Origin: a bacterium
Lineage (GTDB): Bacteria; DRYD01
Assembly: GCA_039630415.1 (NCBI GenBank)
Contig: JBCNVB010000003.1
Span: 1-64,000 of the forward strand
Length of the DNA: 64,000 nt
Direction: 5' to 3'
Positions 19,121 to 29,185 of the stretch are shown piece after piece. Position 1 is the stretch's first letter; each line of letters starts with the position of its first letter. The notes under the pieces were generated by a model. The model searched no databases and was not told the DNA's origin. It saw only the letters and a list, made by a program, of their open reading frames with translations. The position numbers were made by a program, and so were the translations under genes.

Positions 19121-20398
19121 ATGGGGGGAAAAGAGATGATTACAACTCATATAAATCCTTATGAAATGGCAGTAATGCAACTAGAGGAAGTGGCAAGATT
19201 TATAAATCTCAAACCTGACGTGCTAGAGTATCTGAGATATCCTAAAAGAGAGTTTATAGTTTCAATACCTGTTAGAATGGATGATGGTTCAGTTAAGATA
19301 TTTACAGGTTATAGGGTGCAACACAACTTTGCGCTAGGTCCTACTAAAGGAGGATTTAGATACCACCCTAATGTTACTTTGGATGAGGTAAGGGCTTTGG
19401 CTATGTGGATGACTTGGAAGTGTGCTGTTATGGATTTACCCTATGGTGGAGCTAAGGGAGGAGTAAAGGTAGATCCTAAACAACTATCTGAAAACGAATT
19501 GGAAAGACTTACTAGAAGATACGCTTTTGAACTTATACCTATAATAGGTCCCGAAAAAGATATACCTGCACCTGATGTAAATACCAATCCTAAAACTATG
19601 GCATGGTTTATGGATACATATTCCATGGCAGTAGGATATACTTCGCCAGGTGTTGTAACAGGTAAACCTATAGAAATAGGTGGATCTAAGGGAAGAGTAG
19701 AAGCAACGGGTAGAGGAGTTGTTTTCATTCTAAATGAAGTTGTTAAAAGATATCAACTAGATCCAGAAAAGGTGAGAATAGCGATTCAAGGATTTGGAAA
19801 TGTTGGTAGCCATACTGCTTTAGAAGCTTACAAACTTGGTTACAAAATAGTAGCAGTTTCTGACGTTAGCGGTGCTTTGTATGATCCAAATGGAATAGAT
19901 ATACCAACACTATTTGAGTGGGTAAATCAAAATCCGTCTGCATCTTTAATATCCTATCCTGAATACTCTAAGATAACTAACAGGGAATTATTAGAGCTAA
20001 GTGATGTGGAAGTGTTGATACCTGCAGCTTTGGAAGGTGTTATAACTGATCAAAATGTGGATAACATAAGGGCTCAAATAATAATAGAGGGAGCAAATGG
20101 ACCAGTTACTCCAGACGCTGAAAAAATACTTCTTTCAAAGGGTAAAATCATAGTACCTGATATAGTAGCGAATGCAGGTGGAGTTACGGTATCTTACTTT
20201 GAATGGGTTCAAGATTTACAATCTTTCTTCTGGGAAGAAGAGGAAGTCACTAATAAGCTTAGAAAAATTATGGTTAAAGCTTTTGAGAAAGTATGGAGTT
20301 ATGCAAAAGAAAAGGAAATATCTCTAAGATTGGCTGCATATGCATATGCGGTTACAAAGGTAGCTAAAGCTCTAGAAATGAGAGGTATATTCCCATAA
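19121..20398 (+). CDS. gdhA: Glu/Leu/Phe/Val dehydrogenase (glutamate dehydrogenase)
   Basis: GYRVQH, KGGFRYHP, MTWKCA, GGAKGG, DIPAPDV, QGFGNVG, EGANGP, NAGGVTVSYFEW. Start could be 19136. Confidence 0.93.
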   Translation: MGGKEMITTHINPYEMAVMQLEEVARFINLKPDVLEYLRYPKREFIVSIPVRMDDGSVKIFTGYRVQHNFALGPTKGGFRYHPNVTLDEVRALAMWMTWKCAVMDLPYGGAKGGVKVDPKQLSENELERLTRRYAFELIPIIGPEKDIPAPDVNTNPKTMAWFMDTYSMAVGYTSPGVVTGKPIEIGGSKGRVEATGRGVVFILNEVVKRYQLDPEKVRIAIQGFGNVGSHTALEAYKLGYKIVAVSDVSGALYDPNGIDIPTLFEWVNQNPSASLISYPEYSKITNRELLELSDVEVLIPAALEGVITDQNVDNIRAQIIIEGANGPVTPDAEKILLSKGKIIVPDIVANAGGVTVSYFEWVQDLQSFFWEEEEVTNKLRKIMVKAFEKVWSYAKEKEISLRLAAYAYAVTKVAKALEMRGIFP

Positions 20399-20417
20399 TC
20401 AAAAATCTATCAAAGAG

Positions 20418-21590
20418 GTGAGAAGTATGATTAAATTACCTGACGCGGTAGAAAGGTTAGGAACAGAAGGAGCTTTTGAAGTATTGGCTAAAGTTAAAGA
20501 ACTTGAAGCTAAAGGAAGAAAGATCATTCATTTCCAAATAGGTGAACCTGATTTTGATACTCCAGAAAATATAAAGCTAGCAACTTACAAGGCACTACAG
20601 GAAGGTAAAACTCATTACTCTCACTCACTCGGAATATGGGAGCTAAGAGAAACTATAGCTCAGTATTACAATAGACATTATAAAGTTAATGTCAAACCAG
20701 AAAATGTAGTAGTCGGTGTTGGTGGAAAATCTCTCATACTTATAACTATTCTGGCTTTGATAGACAAGGGTGATGAGGTTATATGTCCAAACCCTAGTTA
20801 TCCAGCTTATGAATCAATCCTTTCTTATGTCGGGGCTAATATAAAATTTCTTCCTCTAAGGGAACAAAATGAATTCAGTTTTGATATACAAGAACTCAAG
20901 TCACTGGTATCGGATAAAACAAAACTTGTGATAATAAATAATCCTCAAAATCCAACGGGAGGAATTATACCTAAACAGGACCTTATTGAACTTTCAAAAC
21001 TTTCGGAAAAGTATGGGTTTTATGTGTTTTCAGATGAGATATATGATAGGATAGTTTACGAAGATGGTTTTACTAGTTACTTGGAAATCTCAAATCCGGA
21101 GCGTACGATAATTTTAAATGGATTTTCTAAAACATATGCGATGACTGGTTGGAGGTTAGGATGGATAATTGCTCCAGAAAAACTTATACCAATTTATCAG
21201 AAACTGGCTATAAATGTGTATTCATGCCCACCAACTTTTACACAGTATGGAGGTATAGAGGCTTTAAATGGACCTCAAGATAGCGTAAAACAAATGGTGG
21301 AAGAATTCAGAAAAAGAAGAGATTTTGTTTTCCAAGCTATCAATCAAATACCTAAGTTATCCATGCTCAGACCCAAAGGAGCTTTCTATGCATTCGTTAA
21401 CATAACAAAAACTAATCTTACTTCTAAGCAATTTTTTGAAAAACTACTATATGAATACGATGTAGCAGTTTTATCTGGTACAGCCTTTGGTAAATACGGA
21501 GAAGGATATATCAGAATATCGTATGCTACTTCAATGCAAAACTTGCAGGAAGGCATAGGGAGAATAGAAAAGATGGTAAGAAATTTATAA
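20418..21590 (+). CDS. PLP-dependent class I/II aminotransferase (aspartate aminotransferase-like)
   Basis: IGEPDFDTP, NNPQNPTG, SDEIY, NGFSKTYAMTGWRLG, IRISYA. Confidence 0.92.
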   Translation: MRSMIKLPDAVERLGTEGAFEVLAKVKELEAKGRKIIHFQIGEPDFDTPENIKLATYKALQEGKTHYSHSLGIWELRETIAQYYNRHYKVNVKPENVVVGVGGKSLILITILALIDKGDEVICPNPSYPAYESILSYVGANIKFLPLREQNEFSFDIQELKSLVSDKTKLVIINNPQNPTGGIIPKQDLIELSKLSEKYGFYVFSDEIYDRIVYEDGFTSYLEISNPERTIILNGFSKTYAMTGWRLGWIIAPEKLIPIYQKLAINVYSCPPTFTQYGGIEALNGPQDSVKQMVEEFRKRRDFVFQAINQIPKLSMLRPKGAFYAFVNITKTNLTSKQFFEKLLYEYDVAVLSGTAFGKYGEGYIRISYATSMQNLQEGIGRIEKMVRNL

Positions 21591-21619
21591 AAAACAACCT
21601 AGAGAAAAGGTGGGAATAG

Positions 21620-21949
21620 GTGGATCAAATAAGAAATATAAAAGGACCGCAAACTCACGGAAAACCTCCCCTAAGCAATCCAAATATAGAAAAAGCTGTA
21701 GCTTTCAAAATAGAAGATGATCAAGCAAAAGTAACAGCTGTGGGAATAGGTAGTTTTGCACAAATGATAAAAGAAGAAGCTTCCAAACTATCTGTCCCCA
21801 TCTACAAAAATCCACAACTAGCCGAAAAAATGATAAACTTCGAAATTAACTCTTATGTACCTCCAGAAGTATACGATTTAATCGTATCATTCATAAACTT
21901 TGTAAGTTATGTAGAAACACAAGTACATACAAAGAAAAGGAGTGATTAA
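21620..21949 (+). CDS. FlhB C-terminal-like (EscU/YscU/HrcU family, YlqH-like) small protein
   Basis: KAVA......KV.A.G.G..A..I...A....VPI..NP.LA..M......VPPE.Y pattern. Confidence 0.75.
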   Translation: MDQIRNIKGPQTHGKPPLSNPNIEKAVAFKIEDDQAKVTAVGIGSFAQMIKEEASKLSVPIYKNPQLAEKMINFEINSYVPPEVYDLIVSFINFVSYVETQVHTKKRSD

Positions 21950-23092
21950 ATGAAGAAGATAGAATTCTTTAGTTTAAAACCAGAAATAAAAATGCTAAAG
22001 CAAGAAATAGATCAGGAAATACAGCAGGTTTTGGAATCTGGTAAGTTTATAATGGACAGAAATGTTAGGGAATTTGAAGAGAGAGTTTGTGAGTATATAG
22101 GGGTAAAATATGCTGTATCTGTTAATTCTGGTACTGATGCGTTGGTTATTTCTTTAAGAGCTGCTGGAATAAAACCTGGTGATGAGGTTATAACAACTCC
22201 ATTTACATTTTTTGCAACTGCAGAGACTATAAGTATAATAGGAGCTAAACCTGTTTTTGTTGATATAGACCCTGTTACTTTCAATATAAACCCAGATTTA
22301 ATAGAGCAAAATATAACTTCTAGAACGAAAGCTATACTTCCTGTGCATCTTTTTGGTTTACCAGCGAATATGGAAAAAATAATGAACATTGCAAAGAAGT
22401 ACAATCTATTAGTAATAGAAGATAATGCACAAGGTTTTGGATCTGCGGTAAAAGTAAATCAAAAATTTGTAAAGACGGGTTCTATTGGTCATGCTTCAGC
22501 ATTTTCTTTCTTCCCAACTAAAAATTTAGGAGCTTACGGAGATGGAGGAATAATCTTAACCAATGATCCGCAAATATACGAAATATCAAGTATGCTAAAA
22601 AACCATGGGTGTAAAGTAAAGTATTACAATGAAATGATTGGATATAATTCAAGATTAGATGAAATACAAGCGGCTATTTTAAAAACCAAGCTTAAGTATG
22701 TAGATACATTTAATCAATCTAGAATACAAATAGCTCAAAGATATACAGAGTTATTATCTGATCTGGAGGAATTTATAATTCCTCCAAGGTATGATGAGCA
22801 AAATTATGTTCATGTGTTTCATCAGTACTCAGTTATTGTCAAAAATGGGTTGAGAGATGATTTAAAAGAATATCTGAAGAAAAATGGAGTAGATACAATG
22901 ATTTATTATCCTTATCCTTTGCATAAGTTACCTCCTTACGATCATATGAATCTTTCCCTACCTGTAGCTGAAAGGGTAAGTAAAGAAATTTTGAGTTTAC
23001 CAATGTATCACCTGATGGATATTGAAAATGTAGATCATGTAGTGGGACTAATAAAGAAATGGGCATATAGCTTGCATAAATGTAGTACTTAA
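21950..23092 (+). CDS. DegT/DnrJ/EryC1/StrS family sugar aminotransferase
   Basis: VNSGTDAL, PGDEVITTPFTFFAT, PVHLFG, IEDNAQ, FSFFPTKNLGAYGDGG, GYNSRLDEIQAA. Confidence 0.95.
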   Translation: MKKIEFFSLKPEIKMLKQEIDQEIQQVLESGKFIMDRNVREFEERVCEYIGVKYAVSVNSGTDALVISLRAAGIKPGDEVITTPFTFFATAETISIIGAKPVFVDIDPVTFNINPDLIEQNITSRTKAILPVHLFGLPANMEKIMNIAKKYNLLVIEDNAQGFGSAVKVNQKFVKTGSIGHASAFSFFPTKNLGAYGDGGIILTNDPQIYEISSMLKNHGCKVKYYNEMIGYNSRLDEIQAAILKTKLKYVDTFNQSRIQIAQRYTELLSDLEEFIIPPRYDEQNYVHVFHQYSVIVKNGLRDDLKEYLKKNGVDTMIYYPYPLHKLPPYDHMNLSLPVAERVSKEILSLPMYHLMDIENVDHVVGLIKKWAYSLHKCST

Positions 23093-23099
23093 AAATTAA

Positions 23100-24020
23100 G
23101 TGGGATATTTGGTTTTCACAGTTGAAAAGGAAGAAAGAATAGATAAATACATTTCACAAAAGTTAGGTATATCTAGAACCTTAGCTCAAGAGTACATAAG
23201 AAATCAGCTAGTAAAGATAAACCAAGTAACTGTTCAAAGGCCAAACAAAATTATAAAGCAAGGGGATATTGTTCAAATAACTAAAGAGTTTACTCCGCAG
23301 ATACAGTATGAGCAAAAAATCGAAAATGTAGAATACTATCAAACATTACAGATACCGATTATATATGAAGATGAGAATCTAATATGTTTGGATAAGCCTG
23401 TAATAAACGTTAACAAGGTTGGTAAAAAGCCAAGTGTTTTTGAGTATTTGATCTATAAATCAGTTAGTCCTTACATAGTGCATAGATTGGATCGTCAGAC
23501 TACAGGTTGTTTAATAGTAGCCAAAAACTACACAACTGCAAACAAGCTATCGGAATTATTTAAACAAAGGAAAGTTAAAAAGAAATATTATGCTTTAGTT
23601 GAAGGAAAGTTGGATGGGGATTTAACGATTGAAGCACCCATATATCATATCAGGAATCCAACAAAAAAACAGATAGTATCCTACGGGAAGATAGCCATAT
23701 CAACCATAAGAAAAATCAAAATAATACCTCTATCGAAACTAGGCAATATTTTTGAAAATAGGTACTACGTAACAAGACCCTTGCGTCAGGAGATGACTTT
23801 TTTGGAGGTTGATATTCTCACTGGTAGAACTCATCAAATAAGAGTTCATTTATCTGCTATAGGGAACCCTGTGGTTGGAGATGTAAAGTACGGTAGCTGT
23901 ATAGTGATAGATCAAGCTAATACGTTTCTTTTGCACTCTCACTTAATTGAGTTTGAACTTGATGGTAAAATTTATTCGTTTAAATCCAATCCATATTGGA
24001 TCAAATTGGTAGAGGATTAG
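23100..24020 (+). CDS. RluA/RluD family pseudouridine synthase with S4 domain
   Basis: RIDKYI...SR, VHRLDRQTTG, TGRTHQIRVH, PVVGD.KYG. Confidence 0.92.
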   Translation: MGYLVFTVEKEERIDKYISQKLGISRTLAQEYIRNQLVKINQVTVQRPNKIIKQGDIVQITKEFTPQIQYEQKIENVEYYQTLQIPIIYEDENLICLDKPVINVNKVGKKPSVFEYLIYKSVSPYIVHRLDRQTTGCLIVAKNYTTANKLSELFKQRKVKKKYYALVEGKLDGDLTIEAPIYHIRNPTKKQIVSYGKIAISTIRKIKIIPLSKLGNIFENRYYVTRPLRQEMTFLEVDILTGRTHQIRVHLSAIGNPVVGDVKYGSCIVIDQANTFLLHSHLIEFELDGKIYSFKSNPYWIKLVED

Positions 24021-24056
24021 AGGATCGAGCTTTTTTGAAGTAGAAGAAGATATTAT

Positions 24057-25100
24057 ATGGTAGGGATAATAGGGCTGGGTAATGAGGGGTTTGCTTTATA
24101 CTCTTATCTAGCAAACCACAAGATACCCTTAGTCGCATACACTACTAATCCTACTAATTTAAGCATAAAAAGAATAAATTCCAGAGGGAAAGTGGAGGGT
24201 AGCTTTGAATTAAATGTTTCTCAGGATTTAAGGGAAATTCTTAAGCAGGAAATTATATTTATTACAACTGTAACAACTGTTTATGAAGATATAGCTAACA
24301 AAATAGTGCAAGTCAGGGAAATAGATCTTTCAAAGAAGATGTTCGTATTGTTTTCGGGTAAATTGGGAGGAGTATTAGTTTTTAATAAAATTCTAAAGAA
24401 TAATGGCATAAATACCACCATAGTTGAAACGGATGCAATATTTGCAGCCAGAAAGATATACGACGATACGGTATGGATTAGAGGAATAAAAAAATGGAAC
24501 CTAATGATAACCAATTTGGATTACTGGGGCTCAAATAAGAGTTTGGAAGTTTATGATATTGTAAGAGAATTGTTACCTGACATAAATCTGGAGATAGCGG
24601 ATAACTTCATTCAAAGAGGGTTAAATGACTTTGGTGCTATGGCTCACGCAACTATTAGTCTTGTTAATTTATCAAACATAGATAGTAAAAGAGATATGCT
24701 TTTTTACATTGATGGAGTTACTGAAAATACTGTGATACTAATAGATAAGGTATACCAGGAATTTAATCAAGTGGCTAAAAAATTTTCAACCTATGTTTTG
24801 CATCCAATAGAACTTCTCGATAGATACTATGGAACTGATAAAACCAATCTTTATAGGGCTATAAAAGGTGTAAGTAACTATAAGTATACTAGAATGCCAG
24901 ATAGTATTCATAATAGGTTTTTGTATGAAGATGTGCTAAATACACTTTTTCCTTTAACCTTATTAGCAAAGACTGTAAATGTTGAAGTACCTATATGTCA
25001 GTCAATAGTAAACATAATGTGTTCATTACTTTCAATAGATCCATTTGTTAAAGGAAGAACTTTGCAAAAAATGGGATTGGAAGAGTTACCTAAGGTATGA
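24057..25100 (+). CDS. NAD/NADP octopine/nopaline (opine) dehydrogenase family protein
   Basis: IIGLGNEG Rossmann motif, G.LG, ET....AAR, GA..H, FY.DGVT, RFLYEDV...L.P...LA....V.VP, GRTLQKMGL. Confidence 0.8.
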   Translation: MVGIIGLGNEGFALYSYLANHKIPLVAYTTNPTNLSIKRINSRGKVEGSFELNVSQDLREILKQEIIFITTVTTVYEDIANKIVQVREIDLSKKMFVLFSGKLGGVLVFNKILKNNGINTTIVETDAIFAARKIYDDTVWIRGIKKWNLMITNLDYWGSNKSLEVYDIVRELLPDINLEIADNFIQRGLNDFGAMAHATISLVNLSNIDSKRDMLFYIDGVTENTVILIDKVYQEFNQVAKKFSTYVLHPIELLDRYYGTDKTNLYRAIKGVSNYKYTRMPDSIHNRFLYEDVLNTLFPLTLLAKTVNVEVPICQSIVNIMCSLLSIDPFVKGRTLQKMGLEELPKV

Positions 25101-26452
25101 GAAGGGTTTTGGTTGCAAATAGGGGAGAAATAGCTTTAAGGATAATAAGAACTTTGAAGGAAATGGGCATAAAAAGTGTAGCTATATACTCTGAAGTTGA
25201 TAAAGATAGTTTACATGTAAAGTTTGCTGATGAAAGTGTGTGTGTTGGCAAAGACGATGTTTCTTCAACATATTTAAACATTCCGAATATTATATCTGCT
25301 GCAATAATAACGGGATGTGATGCTATTCATCCGGGGTATGGATTTTTATCGGAAAACTATAAATTTGCTCAAATATGTAATTCTCATGGTATAAAGTTTA
25401 TAGGTCCTTCACCAGAGAGTATAAGAGATATGGGGGATAAGGTGAAAGCTAAGCAGATAGCTCAGCAACTAGGAGTACCAATAGTGCCTTCCACCGGAGT
25501 TATCAGAGATCTAAAGGAAGCTATCAATTTTGTTAGAGAAAATGGGTTACCTGTAATAATAAAGGCTGCTGGTGGTGGTGGGGGCAGGGGAATGAGAGTA
25601 GTTGAAAAAGAATCTGAACTAGAACCAAAACTAACACAAGCATCTATAGAAGCAAAAAATTTCTTCTCTAACCCAGATGTATACATTGAAAAATTGATCA
25701 TTAACCCAAAACATATAGAAGTTCAGATTATTGGTGATAATTTTGGTGTTTATCATTTATTTGAAAGGGATTGTACAGCTCAAAGAAGGCATCAGAAGAT
25801 AATAGAGGAGGCAACTTCTCTTTTGCCTGAGAGTGTAAGAACGGCAATAATTCAGGATGCTCTTAAAATTGCTAATTATATTGCTTATGTAAGTGCAGGA
25901 ACAATAGAATTCCTATACGAACCACATACCCAAAAACATTATTTTATTGAAATGAACACAAGAATTCAAGTTGAGCATCCAGTTACTGAAATGGTAACCA
26001 ATACTGATGTGGTTAAACTGCAAATACTTGCTAGTATGAATGAAAACATATCTAAATACATACCTTCTTCTTATGAGGGTTATGCTATTGAGTTTAGAAT
26101 ATATGCTGAAGATCCATATAGATTTTCTCCATCAATAGGAACGATAACAAGAGCTTATTTTCCATCATTTAGAGATGTTAGAGTGGATACTGCGGTTTAT
26201 AATGGATATCAAGTAACTCAATTTTATGATAACATGATAGCAAAGTTGATAGTTAAGGGAAATAATAGAGAAGAAGCCATAGAAAGGTCTAAGATATACC
26301 TTAATCAGGTAATTATTGAGGGGGTAACTACGAACATACCTCTTCTGAAAGATATACTTCAAGACCCTGATTATGTTAGATATGTTTATCATACAAGAAG
26401 TGTTGATGAGTTAGTTTCTAGGAAAAAGGAAATGGCTTTGGTAGCAGAATAA
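25097..26452 (+). CDS. accC: Biotin carboxylase
   Basis: VLVANRGEIALR, IHPGYGFLSEN, KAAGGGGGRGMR, ERDC..QRRHQK, EMNTRIQVEHPVTE. Confidence 0.95.
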   Translation: MRRVLVANRGEIALRIIRTLKEMGIKSVAIYSEVDKDSLHVKFADESVCVGKDDVSSTYLNIPNIISAAIITGCDAIHPGYGFLSENYKFAQICNSHGIKFIGPSPESIRDMGDKVKAKQIAQQLGVPIVPSTGVIRDLKEAINFVRENGLPVIIKAAGGGGGRGMRVVEKESELEPKLTQASIEAKNFFSNPDVYIEKLIINPKHIEVQIIGDNFGVYHLFERDCTAQRRHQKIIEEATSLLPESVRTAIIQDALKIANYIAYVSAGTIEFLYEPHTQKHYFIEMNTRIQVEHPVTEMVTNTDVVKLQILASMNENISKYIPSSYEGYAIEFRIYAEDPYRFSPSIGTITRAYFPSFRDVRVDTAVYNGYQVTQFYDNMIAKLIVKGNNREEAIERSKIYLNQVIIEGVTTNIPLLKDILQDPDYVRYVYHTRSVDELVSRKKEMALVAE

Positions 26453-26479
26453 TTTAAAAGGAGTGGGAGGAGTAAAACT

Positions 26480-27061
26480 ATGTCTAGACCTAAAATAGGA
26501 ATACTCGCTTTACAGGGAGATTTCATGGAACATATACATATTCTATCTCCACTTAATGTAGAAGCAAAGCAAATAAGATACCCAGAGGAATTAGAAGAAC
26601 TGCATGGATTAATAATACCCGGTGGAGAGAGTACTACAATGGATAGACTAATGAGTGATGAGTTAAGGCAAGCTATAGTGGAGAATAACAAAAGGGGTAT
26701 GGCCATATTTGGAACCTGTGCGGGAGCTATAGTTCTAGCTAAAAAGATAATTGATGGTAAGGAATGGCAAAAACCTTTGGGATTGATAGATATAGAAGTA
26801 AAAAGAAATGCTTACGGTAGACAAAGAGAAAGTTTTGATACAATCCTCAATATCCCTTCTCTGGGTACCATGATAAGGGCTGTTTTTATAAGGGCTCCAG
26901 AGATAGTAAACATGGGTCCAAAAGTAAAAGAATTGGCTAATTTCGAAGAAATTCCGGTATTAGTTCAGGAAAACAACGTGCTAGTATCTACTTTTCATCC
27001 AGAACTATCATCAAATGTTACTATACACCGTTACTTCCTTTCCCTTATAAAAAATACCTAA
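26480..27061 (+). CDS. pdxT: Pyridoxal 5'-phosphate synthase glutaminase subunit
   Basis: GILALQGDF.EH, IPGGESTT, FGTCAG, RNAYGRQ.ESF, FIRAP, FHPEL. Confidence 0.96.
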   Translation: MSRPKIGILALQGDFMEHIHILSPLNVEAKQIRYPEELEELHGLIIPGGESTTMDRLMSDELRQAIVENNKRGMAIFGTCAGAIVLAKKIIDGKEWQKPLGLIDIEVKRNAYGRQRESFDTILNIPSLGTMIRAVFIRAPEIVNMGPKVKELANFEEIPVLVQENNVLVSTFHPELSSNVTIHRYFLSLIKNT

Positions 27062-27101
27062 AACTAAAGGACAAACTAACTAAAAGATGGGGGTGTATAT
27101 A

Positions 27102-27350
27102 ATGACTAGACAAGAAATTTTCCAAAAGCTATCAAAGATAGTATCTCAAAAATTGCAGATCCAAGAGTCTGAAATAAAGGAAGATTCTTCTTTTGTAGAT
27201 GATTTTGGGGCTGATTCATTAGATCTAGTTGAGCTTATAATGAAAATAGAAGAGGAATTTGGGATAGAAATAAGTGATGAAGAGAGCCAAAAAATACTAA
27301 CTGTTAAAGATGCTATAGACTTTATAGAGCAGAAAATGACCAAGGTGTAG
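27102..27350 (+). CDS. acpP: Acyl carrier protein
   Basis: GADSLDLVEL phosphopantetheine site, EEEFGIEISDE. SD-like GGGGTG favours ATG 27102. Confidence 0.95.
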   Translation: MTRQEIFQKLSKIVSQKLQIQESEIKEDSSFVDDFGADSLDLVELIMKIEEEFGIEISDEESQKILTVKDAIDFIEQKMTKV

Positions 27351-27356
27351 TATCTA

Positions 27357-27785
27357 ATGTGGTTTTTTGGTAAAAAAAAAACAAACCAACCTAGTAGTCA
27401 ATCACCTTCTAAGCAAGATGTAAAAACTGAACCACAGGAACAGCAAAAGTATGTAAAGATAAATAAGGAAATAAACATCGTATCGCCAGCTTTACCAAAC
27501 TATAGGGTACCATGTAAGGAGATCAATTTACAAGAAATAAAACTTGTACTTCCGAAACCACTTGAAGTAGGAACTATAATGAAATTGGGAATAGAATTTG
27601 AAATGACCTCTAAGCCTATAGAGGTAAATGCTCAAGTAATTTGGACTGTTGAGCAAGAGCAAAACAAGAAATACGCTGTAGGATTTAAGCTTTTATACTC
27701 TAATCCAGAGGAGCAACATAAGGTTGAAAAATATCTGCTATATCTTTTGGATACTCAGAGTGAATGGTATAAACAAATAAAATAG
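27357..27785 (+). CDS. PilZ-like domain protein (degenerate c-di-GMP motifs)
   Basis: L.VGT...L......I.V.A.V.W.......Y.VG.K beta-barrel pattern; no RxxxR or DxSxxG motif. Confidence 0.6.
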   Translation: MWFFGKKKTNQPSSQSPSKQDVKTEPQEQQKYVKINKEINIVSPALPNYRVPCKEINLQEIKLVLPKPLEVGTIMKLGIEFEMTSKPIEVNAQVIWTVEQEQNKKYAVGFKLLYSNPEEQHKVEKYLLYLLDTQSEWYKQIK

Positions 27786-27797
27786 AGGAGATGTAAT

Positions 27798-28496
27798 ATG
27801 TATATTTGGAGTTTGGAAGGGAATAAGCAGAAGTATATTCCAAAGTTGATGGAAGCAAGGATAGAGATTTTAGAAAAGTTTAAAGATCAAGTTGCTAAGA
27901 AAATGGAAGAGAAGTTTGGAGAAGATATAGAAGTTCCTAGGGGGACGGTTGATTGGCTTTCTAGAAATTATCCCATAATCATTCTCCGAAATCCTGCAAA
28001 ATTAAGACAAGTTGTAGAATTTATTAAGAATGACTTAAAGATGAATTATCTAAATTACGTAACTGCAGTTGATTACTATCTTCATAATGTTTTTCATGTT
28101 ATATATGAGTTTACGAGTATACCTTTGAAAGGAGAGGAATTAGCTGTTGAAGCAACAGAGTATGAGGTAGAAAAAGATGTGAAAATAGATCTGAATTTTT
28201 CATACAGGATGAGGTTGATAGTTCCTATCAGCAGAGACAAGCCTGAAATAGATAGTATAGAGGATATATATAGAACTGCTGACTGGCATGAAAGAGAAAC
28301 ATTTGATTTTTTTGGAATAATATTTAAAAATAGGACTAATCCTTTGCAAAGAATACTAATGCCGGATGAGTGGGAGGGATTTCCTCTTAGAAAGGATTTC
28401 TTCCACGAAAGAATAATACCCCATCCTTTTGTAGAAGCGTACTATGTAGTTAAGAAAACAAAGGAATTGCTTGAGGGGGAAGATTCCAAAAAATGA
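27798..28496 (+). CDS. nuoC: NADH-quinone oxidoreductase subunit C
   Basis: VTAVDY, ADWHERETFDFFGI.F, RILMPDEWEGFPLRKDF. Confidence 0.9.
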   Translation: MYIWSLEGNKQKYIPKLMEARIEILEKFKDQVAKKMEEKFGEDIEVPRGTVDWLSRNYPIIILRNPAKLRQVVEFIKNDLKMNYLNYVTAVDYYLHNVFHVIYEFTSIPLKGEELAVEATEYEVEKDVKIDLNFSYRMRLIVPISRDKPEIDSIEDIYRTADWHERETFDFFGIIFKNRTNPLQRILMPDEWEGFPLRKDFFHERIIPHPFVEAYYVVKKTKELLEGEDSKK

Positions 28497-29176
28497 TAAG
28501 TTTTCCAAAAAGCAATAGAACGATTAAATTTTTAATAGCTCTACTTTTTAGTTTATTATCTTTATCGATTGTTAAATCTGAATATATACCTCCGGAAGAG
28601 ATTTTAGATAGGATGACATTGAGTATATATGGGTTATCTTCGTATAGGTGCAAAGTAAAGATAAACGCTAATGTAATTGATTTTGGTATCAGTGTATCTT
28701 TAAATGGGACGGTATACTTCAAGGAACCAAACAAGTTGGCATTGAAGTTGGAGGATTTACCACTTGATATTCAAGACAAATATAAAATTTCGTTTACTCA
28801 GACTGCTGTTCCTGGAATGGTTTCTAAAACGTATAAAGAAAAGTACAAGGCTAAATTCGTTGGTGTAAAGAATTTTACTGGTAATAGAAAAGTATATGTT
28901 TTGCATATGGAACCTTACAAAAAAAGTAGTGTTCAAAGTGTATTGATGTTTGTTGATAGTCAAAATTATACAATACCAAGGGCAATAATTTTTTATAGGG
29001 ATGGAGGAAAAGTAACAATAGATCAGGTTTATAGTAGGATTCAGGAGTATTATTTACCATCAAAGCAGGAGGTTTTTTTTGATTTTTCGAAGGTCAGAGC
29101 TAACTTAGTTTCAGAATTTTATGACTACGAAATAAATATTCCTGTGGAGGATTCAATATTTGAAAATAAAAAATAA
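28493..29176 (+). CDS. Exported LolA-like / outer-membrane lipoprotein-sorting protein
   Basis: Signal peptide; G.VYFK.P.K, YVL.M.P, F.DYEIN.....S.F pattern of the LolA-like fold. Confidence 0.6.
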   Translation: MISFPKSNRTIKFLIALLFSLLSLSIVKSEYIPPEEILDRMTLSIYGLSSYRCKVKINANVIDFGISVSLNGTVYFKEPNKLALKLEDLPLDIQDKYKISFTQTAVPGMVSKTYKEKYKAKFVGVKNFTGNRKVYVLHMEPYKKSSVQSVLMFVDSQNYTIPRAIIFYRDGGKVTIDQVYSRIQEYYLPSKQEVFFDFSKVRANLVSEFYDYEINIPVEDSIFENKK

Positions 29177-29185
29177 TTTTCTGTT

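Noticed and set aside
27372-27381. Poly-A tract as a phase-variation site
   Set aside because: In-frame Lys codons in an AT-rich genome where A runs are common.
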